Positions 37,201 through 49,131 of a stretch of DNA of 64,000 nucleotides are shown here, piece by piece (the stretch's first letter is position 1; the number at the start of each line of letters is the position of its first letter). Origin of the DNA: Felis catus (Eukaryota); assembly GCF_018350175.1 (NCBI RefSeq), contig NC_058368.1, forward strand, positions 213,592,001 through 213,656,000, in the 5' to 3' direction. The notes below the pieces were generated by a model. The model saw nothing but the letters and a program-made list of their open reading frames with translations, had not been told where the DNA came from and made no database searches. Made by a program: the position numbers and the translations under genes.

Positions 37201-38599
37201 TCCTCCACTTGTCTCTGAATGTGGAATGGAGGTACCACAACCAGAATGTGCTAATCATCTCAGAAAATGGATGCTTCCAAATCCACATGACCACTAAGCC
37301 ACTCAGTGGGCTTCTGGTGAGGACCAAAGAAGGAAAGGAACATGAATATACTTCAAAAAAAGTTAACATGCTGTACAGTTATTCCCACAGATAGAACTGT
37401 GGTAAGCCATCACATCAAACAAGTTCAAAAATGCCTTCTGTTGGATACTGCACACATACGAAGAAGCATGGTTAATAGCACGAGGGAGAAGATGCTAATG
37501 TATCTAGTGTAATGTATCACCTTCAGTAGAGGGGGATAAATAAAGAACTGCAGGGAGGGTTCCAAGACAAAGTTGGGGCATGAGGCAAAGAGACTCACTC
37601 CCCAGTTAACATGATGGATTGAAATGAGAGTAAAGCATGGGGGGAGTTAGGCATGGGGGGAGGGATTCACTAAACTCTTCAAGAGAACTGAAGCAGCAAT
37701 GGTTGCAACAAATTTTGGAAGCTGGGAAGTGGCCCATCCAGTAGTAACTGACTTTGCAGACAGGGCAGGAAGCACAGAAGCAGGCAGGGACTCATGCCAC
37801 AGAGCTGCAGAGAGTCTCTGGAATTGGGGTCACCACACAAGGGTCCCAAAGGTAGAAAAGCTTGCTAAGAGTCTGTGCCTGAAGCGGTCAGACCCCTGTA
37901 ATCTCCTTAGCCCTAGCTCCCTTGTGACTGCCTACATTCTGTGTCATGTTTGCTCTGCTAAATCAGAGCAACTCTGGACTCAGAGACACAACAGGTAGCT
38001 AATGGAAGGGGTGCCGCTTTAAAAACCAGGGAACAAGACAAAGTCTCCGTACCAAATATTGGACTCCTGGTCTCCCTCCCAAATCTGGCTCACTGAATGC
38101 CGCCACCAACCTATTCCCCTCACCTGATTCCTTCCACCTGATTTCTTTTCACCTGATTAGTTTCCTCTGAGAGGAACGACCTTCCAGACCTTCCACCGGA
38201 GGGAGTCCTCCAATGAAACTGTTTAGCAAGATAATCCTCCAGCAGAGGTGCTCAGGGCCAGATGCACATTCGGATCACCTGGGGAGCTTCTAATAATCAC
38301 TACTACCTGGGCCCCAGGCAAGATCCTACGTCATTCAGTCATTTGGCAAATAGGAATGGAAAGTTTACCACCGTGTGCCAGGCTTTGTTACAGGTTCCAG
38401 AACACTGTTCTAGGTGTCTTTCTTTGTAAGAAGGAACTATTCATTCCTGGGTGTGAGCCCCATCCACATATGCAGACTTTCCAGTTAGCTTTTAAGGGAT
38501 CAGTTCAGGACCAGACATTAGAGGAAAGTTTTTAACATGCATGAAATTTAAAAACAAAAACAAAACAAAAACTAGGAGGAAATCCGAGGGGGGGAAATG

Positions 38600-39700
38600 T
38601 GCAGGGAATAGAGGAACGCTTCAAAGAAGCTGTCACTGAGATCTGCAGAGAGTTGGAAAGCTTCTCATCTGTGAAATGAGAACAGGAGGTTATAAAAAGA
38701 ATATGTCAGAGATTTTTTAAAGAGCTCTTGGAAATTAGAAATTTGATGGCACACATAAAAATTCAGTATACGGGTTGGAAGATAAAGGGAGGAAATTTCC
38801 CAGTAAGTAGAATTTTTTTTTTAAGAGAGAGAGACAATATAAGAGGAAAAAGTATAATAATTAGAAATTCAATCCATGAGGATCCCCTTCCAACTTAATA
38901 GATGTTCCAAAAGAGGAGAGAAATGATTTTTTTTTTTTTTTAATTCCAGAAAACTGTTCAGAACCGAAGGACATGAGTTTCCAGACTGAGGTGTCTTGAA
39001 AGCCAAGTAAAATGGATGGGGGAGAAAAAAAAACTCACAGCAAGATATGTTATAAAGAAATTTCATTACAGACAGAGGACATTATAAAGAACAAGGAGAA
39101 AACCCTAAAAACTTTGAGAGGGAAATAATTACATTCAAAGCATCAGGAATTAGGATGACAGACATCTCAATGCCAATCCTGAACCTGGAAGAGCAATGTT
39201 TTCTGAATTCTGAGGGAAAAGGATTTCCGACCTAGAGTTCATACCTCATCACACATGCAGTCAAACTTGGAAGATCTTAAAAAACTGATTTCCCATGTAC
39301 TCTTTTTTAGGAACTTCTGGAAGATGTGTCTTACCAGAAAGAGAACAGAAACAAAGAAAGAGGAAGATGTGGATCTAGAACCCAGGGGATGCCACGTGGG
39401 AAAGAGGCAGTAGGAGTCCCCGGTAGAATGAAGAAAGATTTCCAGGATGATGGGTGTAGAGCAGGCCTCAAGAGCAGCAAATCCACAGTGGGGAAGGAGG
39501 CCCGAGGGCCGGTGAGGGAGAGTACCAGGTTGAGCCGTGGGTACCTGCAGTGTTTGAAAATACATACAAAGAGTCGAAAGTGGTTGTTTTGGGGGCACAC
39601 GAGTTGAGATTGGTGAAGGGTGGGGCAAGTGACTGCTGCTTCTAGAAATACCGGACTTAGAAAATTATATGTATGTATAGTTTTGATTAAGGAAAAAAGG
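38600..39700 (+). mobile_element. HAL1 (half-L1, ORF1-only element)
   Basis: L1-ORF1-like text (gagctcttggaaatta…gggttggaagataaag…gaaggacatgagtttccagactga…ttctgagggaaaa) followed by the HAL1-typical aagaaagaggaagatgtggatc…ccaggatgat…gcaggcct…gagca. Confidence 0.8.
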
Positions 39701-41229
39701 GAAACTTGGAATCAGATTCCAGAATGAGAACCCAAACACAGATCAGGAAAGGTTCCCCGCCCAGGAGAACCCACTTCCAGAAGGCAGCAAAGGTACTTGG
39801 TGAAACCTTTGGGAAACAGAAGAGATGACGAAGGAGGCAGGGCTGAGCTCTTGGCAGAGCAGATGAGAAGAGAACTTAATGTCCCAGGAAAGAGGCCAGA
39901 ATGGGGTCACTATTTCCCTTCAAGGAAACAATTCCTAAGTGTGACCTGCCTGGATCTACAGAGGAGATTAGCAGGAACGGAGGATTAAAGGGGACTGTAC
40001 ATGCTAAGCACAGTGTCAGGCAATTTGTGGCAGCAAGAAGGCAAGCAGAAAGGCGGTTTCTGGAAGCTTTGCAGCTCTTTATGAAGTCTTCCTTTCCCAC
40101 TGGATTAGGGTATGTCCTCAGACAATTCTACCCAGTCATGCAGGCTCACAGACCCTAAGGGTGAAAGAGCGTGAGCAAGCCTGAAATCCCGAGTCCACAT
40201 GGGTTTCCCCACTTTGCCTGGTACATCGGATTTCCAGTTTTGTGTGTAGCCCACTCTGAGAACCCTTTTCTTGTAGAACTGGACAAAGCTGTCCTTTCCC
40301 AAGGCCCACCCTGCACCAGTGGGTCCTGTGGCTGCACCCTAAAGACAAAGCATTTGACTAGAGACCCTGAAAACAATTGGGGTAAGTCCTGTTAACTTTG
40401 TTAATATTTCAGCTAAAGAAAAGGTATAGGTTAGTGAGTGTTACATGGCCAGAGTAACATTGGAGGTAGAAAGATCCCCCTTGTACCTCATTTTTCACTT
40501 CATCTGCAAGGGCAAAACAGTCTAGGCATGTAAAGTTTGAAAATACTATTTATTTCATGTGTATTTGAAGATGTTTAGGTCATGCCTTTTATGATAGTAT
40601 TTACAGAGTTTATGTCATGCCCCTTATGATATCAAACTCAGCCTGACCTATTTATATGAAAAGTGTTTATTGTTTACCTTCACAGAAGCTTTTCTCCCAG
40701 AAATGGTTCCCAGGATGACAGCTGTAGTTATCTCCTTCTTACCCCCCTTTCACAGACAAGACTGACTTAATTTCACCCCTAGTATTTATAAACTATCTAT
40801 TAGGGAATAACAACATGATAGAAAAGGTCATTCTCTTTCCAAACATCTTTCATCTTTAAAATCTTAAAGTGTCTGTGGACACTAAATCAAAATATTCTGT
40901 GAATCAATGGTGGGGGAGTTGTCCAAGCAGGCTGTTTAGTAGTTTGGGGCAAAGATCTGTCCCCAAAGGATGTCATGGCTCCCTGAAGGCTCAACAACAA
41001 CAAAAAAAGTTCCCACTGGTGGAAGACAAGACGCATCTTTTCTCTGCCTCCGATTCCCTCCCGGACTAGCCAAAGCGAGGAGCTTGGGATAAGGGCAATG
41101 TCACAGATGCCCAGGTTGCTGGAACACGCCCCAAACACACAAACACACTTCATGGGCTTCCACAGCACCTCTTATCCGAGGTGTCTGACAAAACCGTGGC
41201 TCTGGAGCCCCTCCAGCCTTGTCCCTGGT

Positions 41230-42460
41230 GCGTTCCCGGCCCCCTCCCCTCCGCCTATCACACACACTCCGGGCGCCTCCTTCCGTCGAGTAATTGACAA
41301 ACCAGCTCCAAGTCGGTTTCTCCTCCCAAGGAACACAAACCATCTCTAAACACGCCAATCCCCCAGGTCAAAAACAAGACGCCCAAGTGATCTGCGAGAT
41401 GAGTTAGTTGGCTGCGGCGTTTCTTTCTCCGAGGCTGGAGCTAAATTTCTACATTTGTGGATTCAGCCTGGATCCGCACCCCCAACCCGATGGGGAGGGG
41501 AAGCCCGAGCTTTCTGTTTGCCAAGCATATTCCTACCTCCAGTTCTGCAGTCACCTCGGGGGTCTCGTCTCCCGCCGCCGGCGTGCGCGTCGCGAGCAGC
41601 TGGCCGCGCTAATCCCGCGCGCCGGGGCCCCGCTCGCCCGCCCGCCCGCGAGCCGCAGCTTAATCACCTGCCGCCGCCCGCTGCGCGCCGGAGGGGGGCG
41701 CTCAGCGCGGGCTCCCCGCCCGGGACGCCGCCCCCCTGCGCGCCTCCGCGCCTTCCTTCTGGAGCTGGTGCCTCTCGGTCCGCTCCATGTCCGTGGGAGG
41801 ACCCCTCCTCCCGCCCGCAGCCCCGGCTGGGAGGTTATGAAAAGACTGTAATGGGATCCCGGCTCGGCCCGTCACTCCCCTGCTCACTTGTCAAAACTCC
41901 ACAGCATTCCAGAACCCCTTCCCCGCTCACTCCCTCGCGGGGAAGAGGAAGCCGCCCGCGGGAGGGTTTCACGGACTTTGCGGTTGCTCGCGCAGACACC
42001 TTTGTTTACATCAAGTGCCGGGTGGGGGAGGGGGGCTTCCCGCCGTCCCCGGGAGCAGGTTCGGAGCAGCAAACGCCCTTCTCAGACACCCTCGCCCGGT
42101 CAAAAGTTCTCCCTCTCTCCGAGAAGCTCCACCTCCCCGACACCAGTTCATTTCATAACCGCTCCGTTTCATAACCAGCAGCAGCGTGGGTTCTTACAGG
42201 GGGTGGGTGGGGGAGCCCCAAACCAGAATCGCAACCATCGCACCGGGCAGCGTGTCAAGAAACTTTTCAGAAACCTCCAGTCAGAGCCTTGCTGCCGCAG
42301 GAACCCAATTTACCACCGCTGAATTACAATCACCGGTGACTGCACAACTTAAGCATTTCCTTTATACCTTCTCCCGCTCCCGCGCCCCTCCCGTCGTCTG
42401 CGGGGTTCAGTCAACAAGTCATTCCCCGGAGAGGCAAGGATGGGCTTGGGCGGCTCAGCC
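41230..42460 (-). promoter_or_regulatory. CpG-island promoter (core ~41555-42120) driving a minus-strand gene
   Basis: Seen: abrupt rise in GC and CpG density, repeat-free, GC boxes (cccgcccgcccgccc ~41636-41647; ccccgccc ~41714-41721), and a good minus-strand splice donor at the left edge. Established: this is the standard layout of a vertebrate CpG-island promoter. Orientation is inferred from the donor. Confidence 0.88.
41537..41620 (-). other. Putative non-coding first exon (5' end approximate)
   Basis: Minus strand reads ...GCGACGCGCACGCCGGCGGCGGGAGACGAGACCCCCGAGGTGACTGCAGAACTGGAG|GTAGGAAT, with the donor GT at 41536-41535. There is no ATG in the segment. A weaker alternative donor GAG|GTGACT lies 18 nt upstream. 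The TSS cannot be fixed from sequence. Confidence 0.65.
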
Positions 42461-43756
42461 ATCTCCAGCTGCAAACTGATGAGGAAGCCCGACCCACGAG
42501 GCTGAATTGTTTACATCACACCCACCGAGGGCTTCCTGTCTCTAATTAATGGGAATACAAATAAGACAGGAAAAGACTGTTTGCTTTTCTTAAAGCGGGG
42601 GGTGGGGGGTGGGGGGGGTGGGGGGGGTCTCCGAGAGAGGGGGAGTCACCCCACATTTCATTGCATAAAGAGGTTTTTTAAGACTTCAATTGTATTTTAT
42701 TCCATTTTCCCACCTTTAACACTTGTTGAAAAGTAAAAGCATCGCTGTGCCAAACCTCAAACCATGAAGGAACTTCTGCTCACAGCACATTTTCACCTGG
42801 CTTCAGAAAGGGATCCGATTGAAGCTCCCAGAGGAGGCGAGAGGTATGGCGACCACCTGTGGTTGAATGGCACCCATCTAGGCACAAACGGAAGACCTGC
42901 GCCCCCTGGGACTTGAGAACACCCATCCCACTCCCTGGGGTTCATACCAGAATCTTGCCCCAAACTTAGGTCTCTCAGCTATGGTTCTCTTCCTGGGTAT
43001 CCAGCAGCCCCTTAAAATAAATTAGCTTTGTGAGGTATAGATCTGGTGGAATTCGAAGCAATTAATTGTAAAGGAAGAGGCAAAAGAAGGGTCCTGTTCC
43101 CAATACTATTACTGTTACTGGAATGGGTAATTAGAGCCCGAGAGGGGCCAAGCCATGTCAAGGCCAGGCTGGTAATCTGCCTTCTCTCTGAAGCAGCCCA
43201 CAGAGAACACTGGTAACTAATCACCATAATCACTAGTCCTGGAATTACCCCCCCCCCGTTGCTTCATTCAGGTTGGCACAACAGCAAACCTGGAGACAGG
43301 CAGGACTGCCAGGTGCTGGCGTTCCTGTGAAAGTACTACAAGGAAACAGAATCCCAGGATAAAGTGTGTCTCTAGGAGGTGTGGGTATCGCAACTGACAA
43401 TGATGTGTGGAGTTTAGGAGAACACTATAGGTGTCCAGTGAGAACAAGCTTTGCATGCCTCAAGAGCCTACAGTTCCTGGGTCAAAGCAAATGAGGCTTG
43501 TGATTTTAGGAAAAGCTAAGAACTCTTCCAGTGTCTGGCTTACAAATATTTTAAGGTCTCGGTGAATGTTGGCTCCTCACCCCCCTCCCATTTCCCTCTC
43601 TTCTGCTTAGGGGTGGTAGTCCTAGTAGATTCATTAGCATACATCTCAGTATCTGGTAAGTTTTATGGGAATTAGGTTCAAATTGCATGATTTTCTAACA
43701 ATTTCAGAAGTGATCCTTTCTTCCTTTCAGATTGCTTTCTCCACTGACAGTTTCTT

Positions 43757-44000
43757 TTTTTTAATTTTTTTATTAAATTAACAAAAAGTTTAATGTTTAT
43801 TCATTTTTTAGAGAGAGAGAGAAAGAGACAAAGTGTGAGCGGGGCAGGGACAGACAGTGAGAGAGACACAGAATCTGAAGCAGGCTCCAGGGTCTGAGCT
43901 GTCAGCACACAGCCTGGTGCAGGGCTCGAACCCATGAACCATGAGATCGTGACCTGATTTGAAATTGGACACTTAACCCACTGAGCCACCCAGGGGCCCC
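43757..44000 (-). mobile_element. Can-SINE
   Basis: Perfect TSD tccactgacagtttctt (43740-43756, 44001-44017). Confidence 0.95.
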
Positions 44001-44199
44001 TCCACTGACAGTTTCTTAGTGCTTTACTTCTAACTTTCTCTGCTCCTTCATTCAATCTGGTATATAATTTATGATGTGCAAATCAATGCTGTTTAAACTA
44101 AATCCAGGATTTTAAGTTTAGTACAAATAAATATTCCCCCTTCCCCCACAAACTTTGTTGTCTAAACTCAGTTTAGGGTGTGTATATGCCAGGAATTAA

Positions 44200-45130
44200 A
44201 ATTTGACATCTGTTTAATAACTTAATTTCAGGAAAGCTTTGGAATGCATATGACATTCTCATCAGCATGCCAGAAAGATATGATGTGCTCAGTCTTTTCC
44301 CTCACCGGTTTCACTGCAGACTGGAAAAGAGATCAATGGTTCAGTAAACAAAGGGGTGCTTTACAAGTGGCCTCCAATTTTACCCTGGGTCTGGTTTAAA
44401 TAATACTTACGATTGCTATGTGTACACCAGAGTCTACAAGTAATATTAATTTGAGCAGAAACTGCTGATATGTTAAGAGAATCCAAAGTGTCTTCAACAC
44501 ATAGAGGAAATGGTTCATTAAAAAGAGTTTAGAGTTCAGCAGGATGGCTGATTACAAAGTAGTGTCCTGAGGGGTGATGATCAAAATGACAGGCACAAAT
44601 GGGAGTTAATATCTAGATTTGAGAAAAACAAAGACGCGAGGATCACAGCAGACCATGCATTTAATATGAATTCTGCGTATTGTACTGATAAGAAATAGGC
44701 AACAGAGTACTGGGGCAAGTTCACACTGGCGGGAGGTTGACGTGAAAGAGAAATGCCTCTCCTCATTCCTTCCTCCCCCATAATGAAGAATTTGGCAGCT
44801 GATAGACTCTTATTAGGGTGATATGTCCAGTGTGAGGCCCCTCATTTTAAGGGAGATGGGGAGACACTGGAAAGGTTCCAAAGGAGAACCAAAATGATTA
44901 AAGAGACAGAAAATAGAACCTTTGAGGGAAGGTTAAAGGATTTGCAATTGTTTAGTCTAGAGTAAAAAAGTGCCTAAAGGCAAACTTAACAGTCATCTCC
45001 CATTTGAAGGGTTATTATAAAGAGGATACTGACCAGCTGTTCTTCATCTCCACAGGAGACAGAAGAGGTAAGAGGCACAAATTCAACATTAAAATTTGGG
45101 TCAGACATGAAGGAGGCTTGCTTGATGCTA
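44200..45130 (+). mobile_element. L3/CR1 LINE fossil (RT region and 3' part)
   Basis: cttaatttcaggaaagctttg (LNFRKAL, cf. LDFSKAFD) at 44221; atcaatggttca (INGS) at 44332. The 3' part gtccagtgtgaggcccctcattttaag…ctggaaaggttcca…gaaggttaaagga…tgtttagtctagag…tttgaagggtt matches L3. Confidence 0.8.
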
Positions 45131-45417
45131 ATGGTAACTGACATGACACTGACATCACTGTGCAGTCTTTACCTATCAAACTCCATCTTAAGTGATAGTC
45201 TTAGTCTGTTTAGGCAGGAGCCAGTCTAGAGAACTCCTTTCATTCCCTTCTAGGGCTAAAGTGGTCCTCTTGACTCATGGAATGTGGGAGCAAAGGTCCT
45301 GAGTGTCCATGCTCTACAAGGCCCACAAAAATATAAGGCTCCCTGCAAACATATGCTCACATCTCACTGGATCCTTGTTTATTGGAATAGGTATGTCTAA
45401 GAATCTGTCCAACTCCA

Positions 45418-45628
45418 GGGGCACCTGGGTGACTCAGTGGATTAAGCATCCAACTTTGGGTTTCAGCTTAAGTCATGATCTCGCAGTTCATGAGTCCAAG
45501 CCCTGCATCAGGCTCCTCGCTGACAGTGCGAAGCTTGCTTGGGATTCTCCCTCTCTCCCTCTCTCCCTGCCCCTCCCCTGCTTGTGCTCTCTCTCTCTCC
45601 CTCTCAAAATAAATAAACTTAAGAAAAA
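45418..45628 (+). mobile_element. Can-SINE
   Basis: Full body; TSD aagaat(c/a)tgtccaact. Confidence 0.94.
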
Positions 45629-45769
45629 AAGAATATGTCCAACTGCAAACACTGAATAGATGATAAGTATATTTTATAGACTTGCTACCCTATAGTGTTT
45701 CTCTGTATAGGCAACATTGCTTTTTGGTTAGTGGGCACACAAATATTAGTTGATGGTGATGTTAAAGAT

Positions 45770-46070
45770 AATAATAGCTATGCATTATTAAGCTCTTACT
45801 ATAATTATGTTGGCACCGTGCTAGCAACTTTATGTAGATTATCTCTCTTTTTTTTCTCTCTCTCTTTTTTATTTTTTTATTTTTTAATTTTTTTTATTTT
45901 TGCAGGAGCCCTGTGAAGTGGGAATAATTATTAGGCTTATTCTAACACAAGGAAACTGAGTGACAATGGGGTTAAGTAGCAAAGCTAGTAAATGTTGGAG
46001 TTCCCAATTCAAACTCATTTAGTTTGACTCAAAAGGGTGTGCTTACCCATTAACCACTGCTTTCGATCAT
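45770..46070 (-). mobile_element. MIR
   Basis: ataatagcta…ggcaccgtgctag…gccctgtgaagtggg…aggaaactgag…ggttaagta…ttcaaactc. Confidence 0.75.
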
Positions 46071-46502
46071 TAAGTATTTTTAGCTCTTGGGAGGGAGGAA
46101 ACATTGCAAAGAGGAGCATTTATGCTTGTTGGCCCAAACTGATGAAAAAACAAGACTTCTATAGGTTTATAACACCTAAGGAATGCAATTTTTTCCCAGG
46201 TTAGCAGAGGAAAGAACTGGTTTTGCCTTCTGATCAGAAGCATATCTTTCTGTCACAAAGCTGAAGAATCCAATCAAGGTTTACCTCTGTTTTATTATTT
46301 AGAAACTATAAGCTATTCATCTATAACCTAACCTTCCATATAGTAAGTCTTCTGTGACTGTTGAATGAATGAATATAAATGCATTATGACAGGGATGCTG
46401 AGCTGAATTGAGTTTTTCCAACATGCTGGTGATCAGACTCTGGTGGGTCATTTGTATGAGCTTCTTATCAGAGGCCCCTTAAGAGTCTTAAAATGCAACT
46501 CA

Positions 46503-46678
46503 CTGGCTCAGTCAGTTAAGCATCAGACTCTTGGTTTCAGCTCAGGTCATGATCTCATGGTTTGTGGGTTTGAGCCCCACATCAGGCTCCATGCTGACAA
46601 TGCCGGGCATGCTTGGGATTCTCTCTCTCTGCCCCTCCCCAGCTTGCTCTATCTCAAAATAAATAAACTTAAAAAAAT
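46503..46678 (+). mobile_element. Can-SINE, slightly 5' truncated
   Basis: tggctcagtcagttaagcatc…ctcaggtcatgatctc…aaaataaataaact. Confidence 0.92.
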
Positions 46679-47365
46679 TACAACTGTTTCCTTTAATTCA
46701 ACATCTGTGAGAAAGCATATGGATGGGTCACGTATTTTTCCAATGTAAACTACTTTTAGATTGAGAAAAGATTTTTAATGGGGTTTACTGAGTGCTGTTG
46801 TATATCAACAATAGATGATTTGTGAGTGAAACAAACATCAAAATGATTTTCAGAAAGGCAAAACGAACCACACACATATAAAATATTAATAGCCTTGATC
46901 CAAATTACTACAAAAGACAGATATTTTCCCATTAGGACAATTTATCCTGAGTCTATAAACAGAGAGGGGCATAATTATCCATGTGTTTGCTAAGAGATCT
47001 AAACCTTATGTAGCTATAAAAAGCTGGAGAGAGGAAGAGAGAGGAAATTCCCAGGAGAAGATCCCCAACCACATCCAGGGCCGTCACATCTCCATAAATA
47101 CAAGGCCCAGCAGTGGCACCAACTGAAGCATGAGAAGAAACCTCAAGATTTTAACACAAACCACAGAAATAACTTTGAATTGTCTTAAAACTAAACAATG
47201 ACAATTCTATCCAATAAACTTACAGCTGACACATGGGCAGAGTGGTGACTTCCTGGTGTTCCAGATGTAGTTAATGGAAACATAATGCCCAGATTCAGTA
47301 AATGTTGACTGAATGTAAAGAGTGAATGACTGTCTGAACAGATGCCCAGGCTTCCTCTTTCCCCC

Positions 47366-47587
47366 TTTATTTTTTATTATGTTTTTAAGCTTATTTATTT
47401 ATTTTGAGAGAGAAAGAGCACGCGAACAGAGCAGGGGCAGAGAGAGAGAGAGGGAGAGAGAGAATCCCAAGAAGGCTCTGCAATGTCAGCCCTGACCTGA
47501 CACAGGGCTCGATCTCACAAACCGTGAGATCACGACCCAAGCCTAAATAGTCGGACACTTAACCTACCGAGCCACCCAGGCACCCCT
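47366..47587 (-). mobile_element. Can-SINE
   Basis: Reverse body; TSD ctctttcccccttta. Confidence 0.93.
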
Positions 47588-47859
47588 AACTCTTTCCCCC
47601 TTTAAATCTCTGTTGGAAAGATGTCTCTGAAGCTTCAAGCCCAAAGTCCCTACAGAGGTGTAGAGCCATTTGACACTGGTACTCTGGGAACAGTTGATGG
47701 AACCAGAGATGGTTTCTAACTCAAAGATACCAATTTGTGATTTTGCCATAAACACAGGAAGGTGAATGGCAATACCTGTGGATCCTGATTCAAAAACTCC
47801 TGTTATTTACGATATGGATTCTGAACTATTTGAAGTCCAACAGAATCAAGCACTAGGTG

Positions 47860-48545
47860 GCCAGCACCTACTGAGCACTTACTGGAGGCTGGGTTTTGTT
47901 CTAAGCCCCTTACATATCGACTCATTAAATCCTTATTACAACTTAAGAATATGTACTGTCATTATCAACTCATCCTACAGGCAGTGAAACTGGGCTAAAA
48001 GATTACCTCATTATCTCATGGTCACACAACTAATATGTAGAGGAGCCAGAACTCAAACCAATTCCATCTGGACCCAGTGTTATGTTCTTAACTGCTCCCC
48101 AATGATACCTGTCAAGTCCTACCTCCTGCCACTCCTCCACACAAAATCACTATTCCAGTCAAAGTGTTGATCCACAGATATTCAAAGAACATTCTAATCT
48201 CTGCAGGATGTGTTCCCTGACCTCCCTAGCCTACTGTTACCTCTCTCTTCTGAGTGCTCACATCACTTATTCTCCAATAACTGCAAACATATAATTTATC
48301 TGGTTCATATCACATCTCTCCAACTAGATCTTAAGTTCCTTTCGGGGTAGGACAGTGTGTTGTATGGAAGTCTGGAGATAGTCTGTAGAAAGGTCTAGAT
48401 TTAAAGCCCAAATCCCATAATTATTACCCATGGGACCCTGAGTAAATCATTTAGTTTTTCTTACTCTCATATTCAAACCATATTCCTCAAGGGCTTATTG
48501 GGGAGGAAAGATTAAATGAAAAAATGTATGTGAAGTGTCTAGGAT
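47860..48545. mobile_element. MIR (minus, ~47860-48100), L2 piece (~48200-48360) and MIR (plus, ~48370-48545)
   Basis: ctactgagcacttact…ctaagccccttacat…aatccttattacaac…gaaactgggct; caactagatcttaagttcc; gaccctgagtaaatcatt…gattaaatga. Confidence 0.7.
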
Positions 48546-48754
48546 GATTCTCAACCACTGGCTACTTTGCCCCCCAAGGGCAATGTCTGAGAATATTTTT
48601 GATAGTCATAACTGGGGAGGGGTGCTACTGGCATCTAGTGGGTAGAGGCCACTGATGCTGCTAAACATTCTACAAAGTACAGGGCAGGCCCCTACAACAA
48701 AGGACTATCCAGTCAAAAACGTCAGTAGTAGTAGTGCTGAGGTTGAGACACCTG
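48543..48754 (+). mobile_element. MER20 hAT-Charlie MITE
   Basis: ttctcaacc…ggcaatgtctg…gtcataactgggg…tgctactggcatctagtgggtagaggcc…gatgctgctaaacat…gtgctgaggttgaga. Confidence 0.92.
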
Positions 48755-49131
48755 CTATTAATAAATTTAAATTTTTATTAAAAATATAAGTTTCCATTTT
48801 CCTCCCTTTCCTTATTTTTTATAGTACTCTGCTTATGGTAGGTATTCAGTAAATCTTTGTTGAGTAAACCTATTTATAAATGGGTAAGTGAATGTATGAA
48901 TCCTAAGATATTTTACTAGTAAACACTTGACTTGAGGGTGTGATCTAGCCATGGCAGGGGTTGGGTGGGAGTTAATTAACCTAGAACAGAACTTTCCAAT
49001 ATCCAAGCACAATGAAAGGAATTCTGAAGTAAATCCAATTTAATACCAGGGCACTGTGCCCAATGAAAATGGTGTCAAAGTTGGTCCCAGGAGAGCTGAA
49101 GAACTTAGACAAAGGCCAGCCCCCCCCCCCC

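Larger units (their letters stand above)
1..41620 (-). other. SORBS1: 5' end (exon 1 plus part of a >41 kb intron 1) of a large gene, tentatively SORBS1 (CAP/ponsin)
   Basis: Inference only. The exon end resembles my recollection of the SORBS1 5'UTR. The absence of coding exons for 41 kb downstream and 22 kb upstream fits a long SORBS1 intron 1. Unverified: needs BLAST or synteny. Confidence 0.4.

Noticed and set aside
41455..42322. Long ORFs (239, 147 and 144 aa) over the CpG island
   Set aside because: Pro/Arg/Ala/Gly-rich and open in several frames, as expected from stop-codon scarcity in GC-rich DNA. No recognisable domain.
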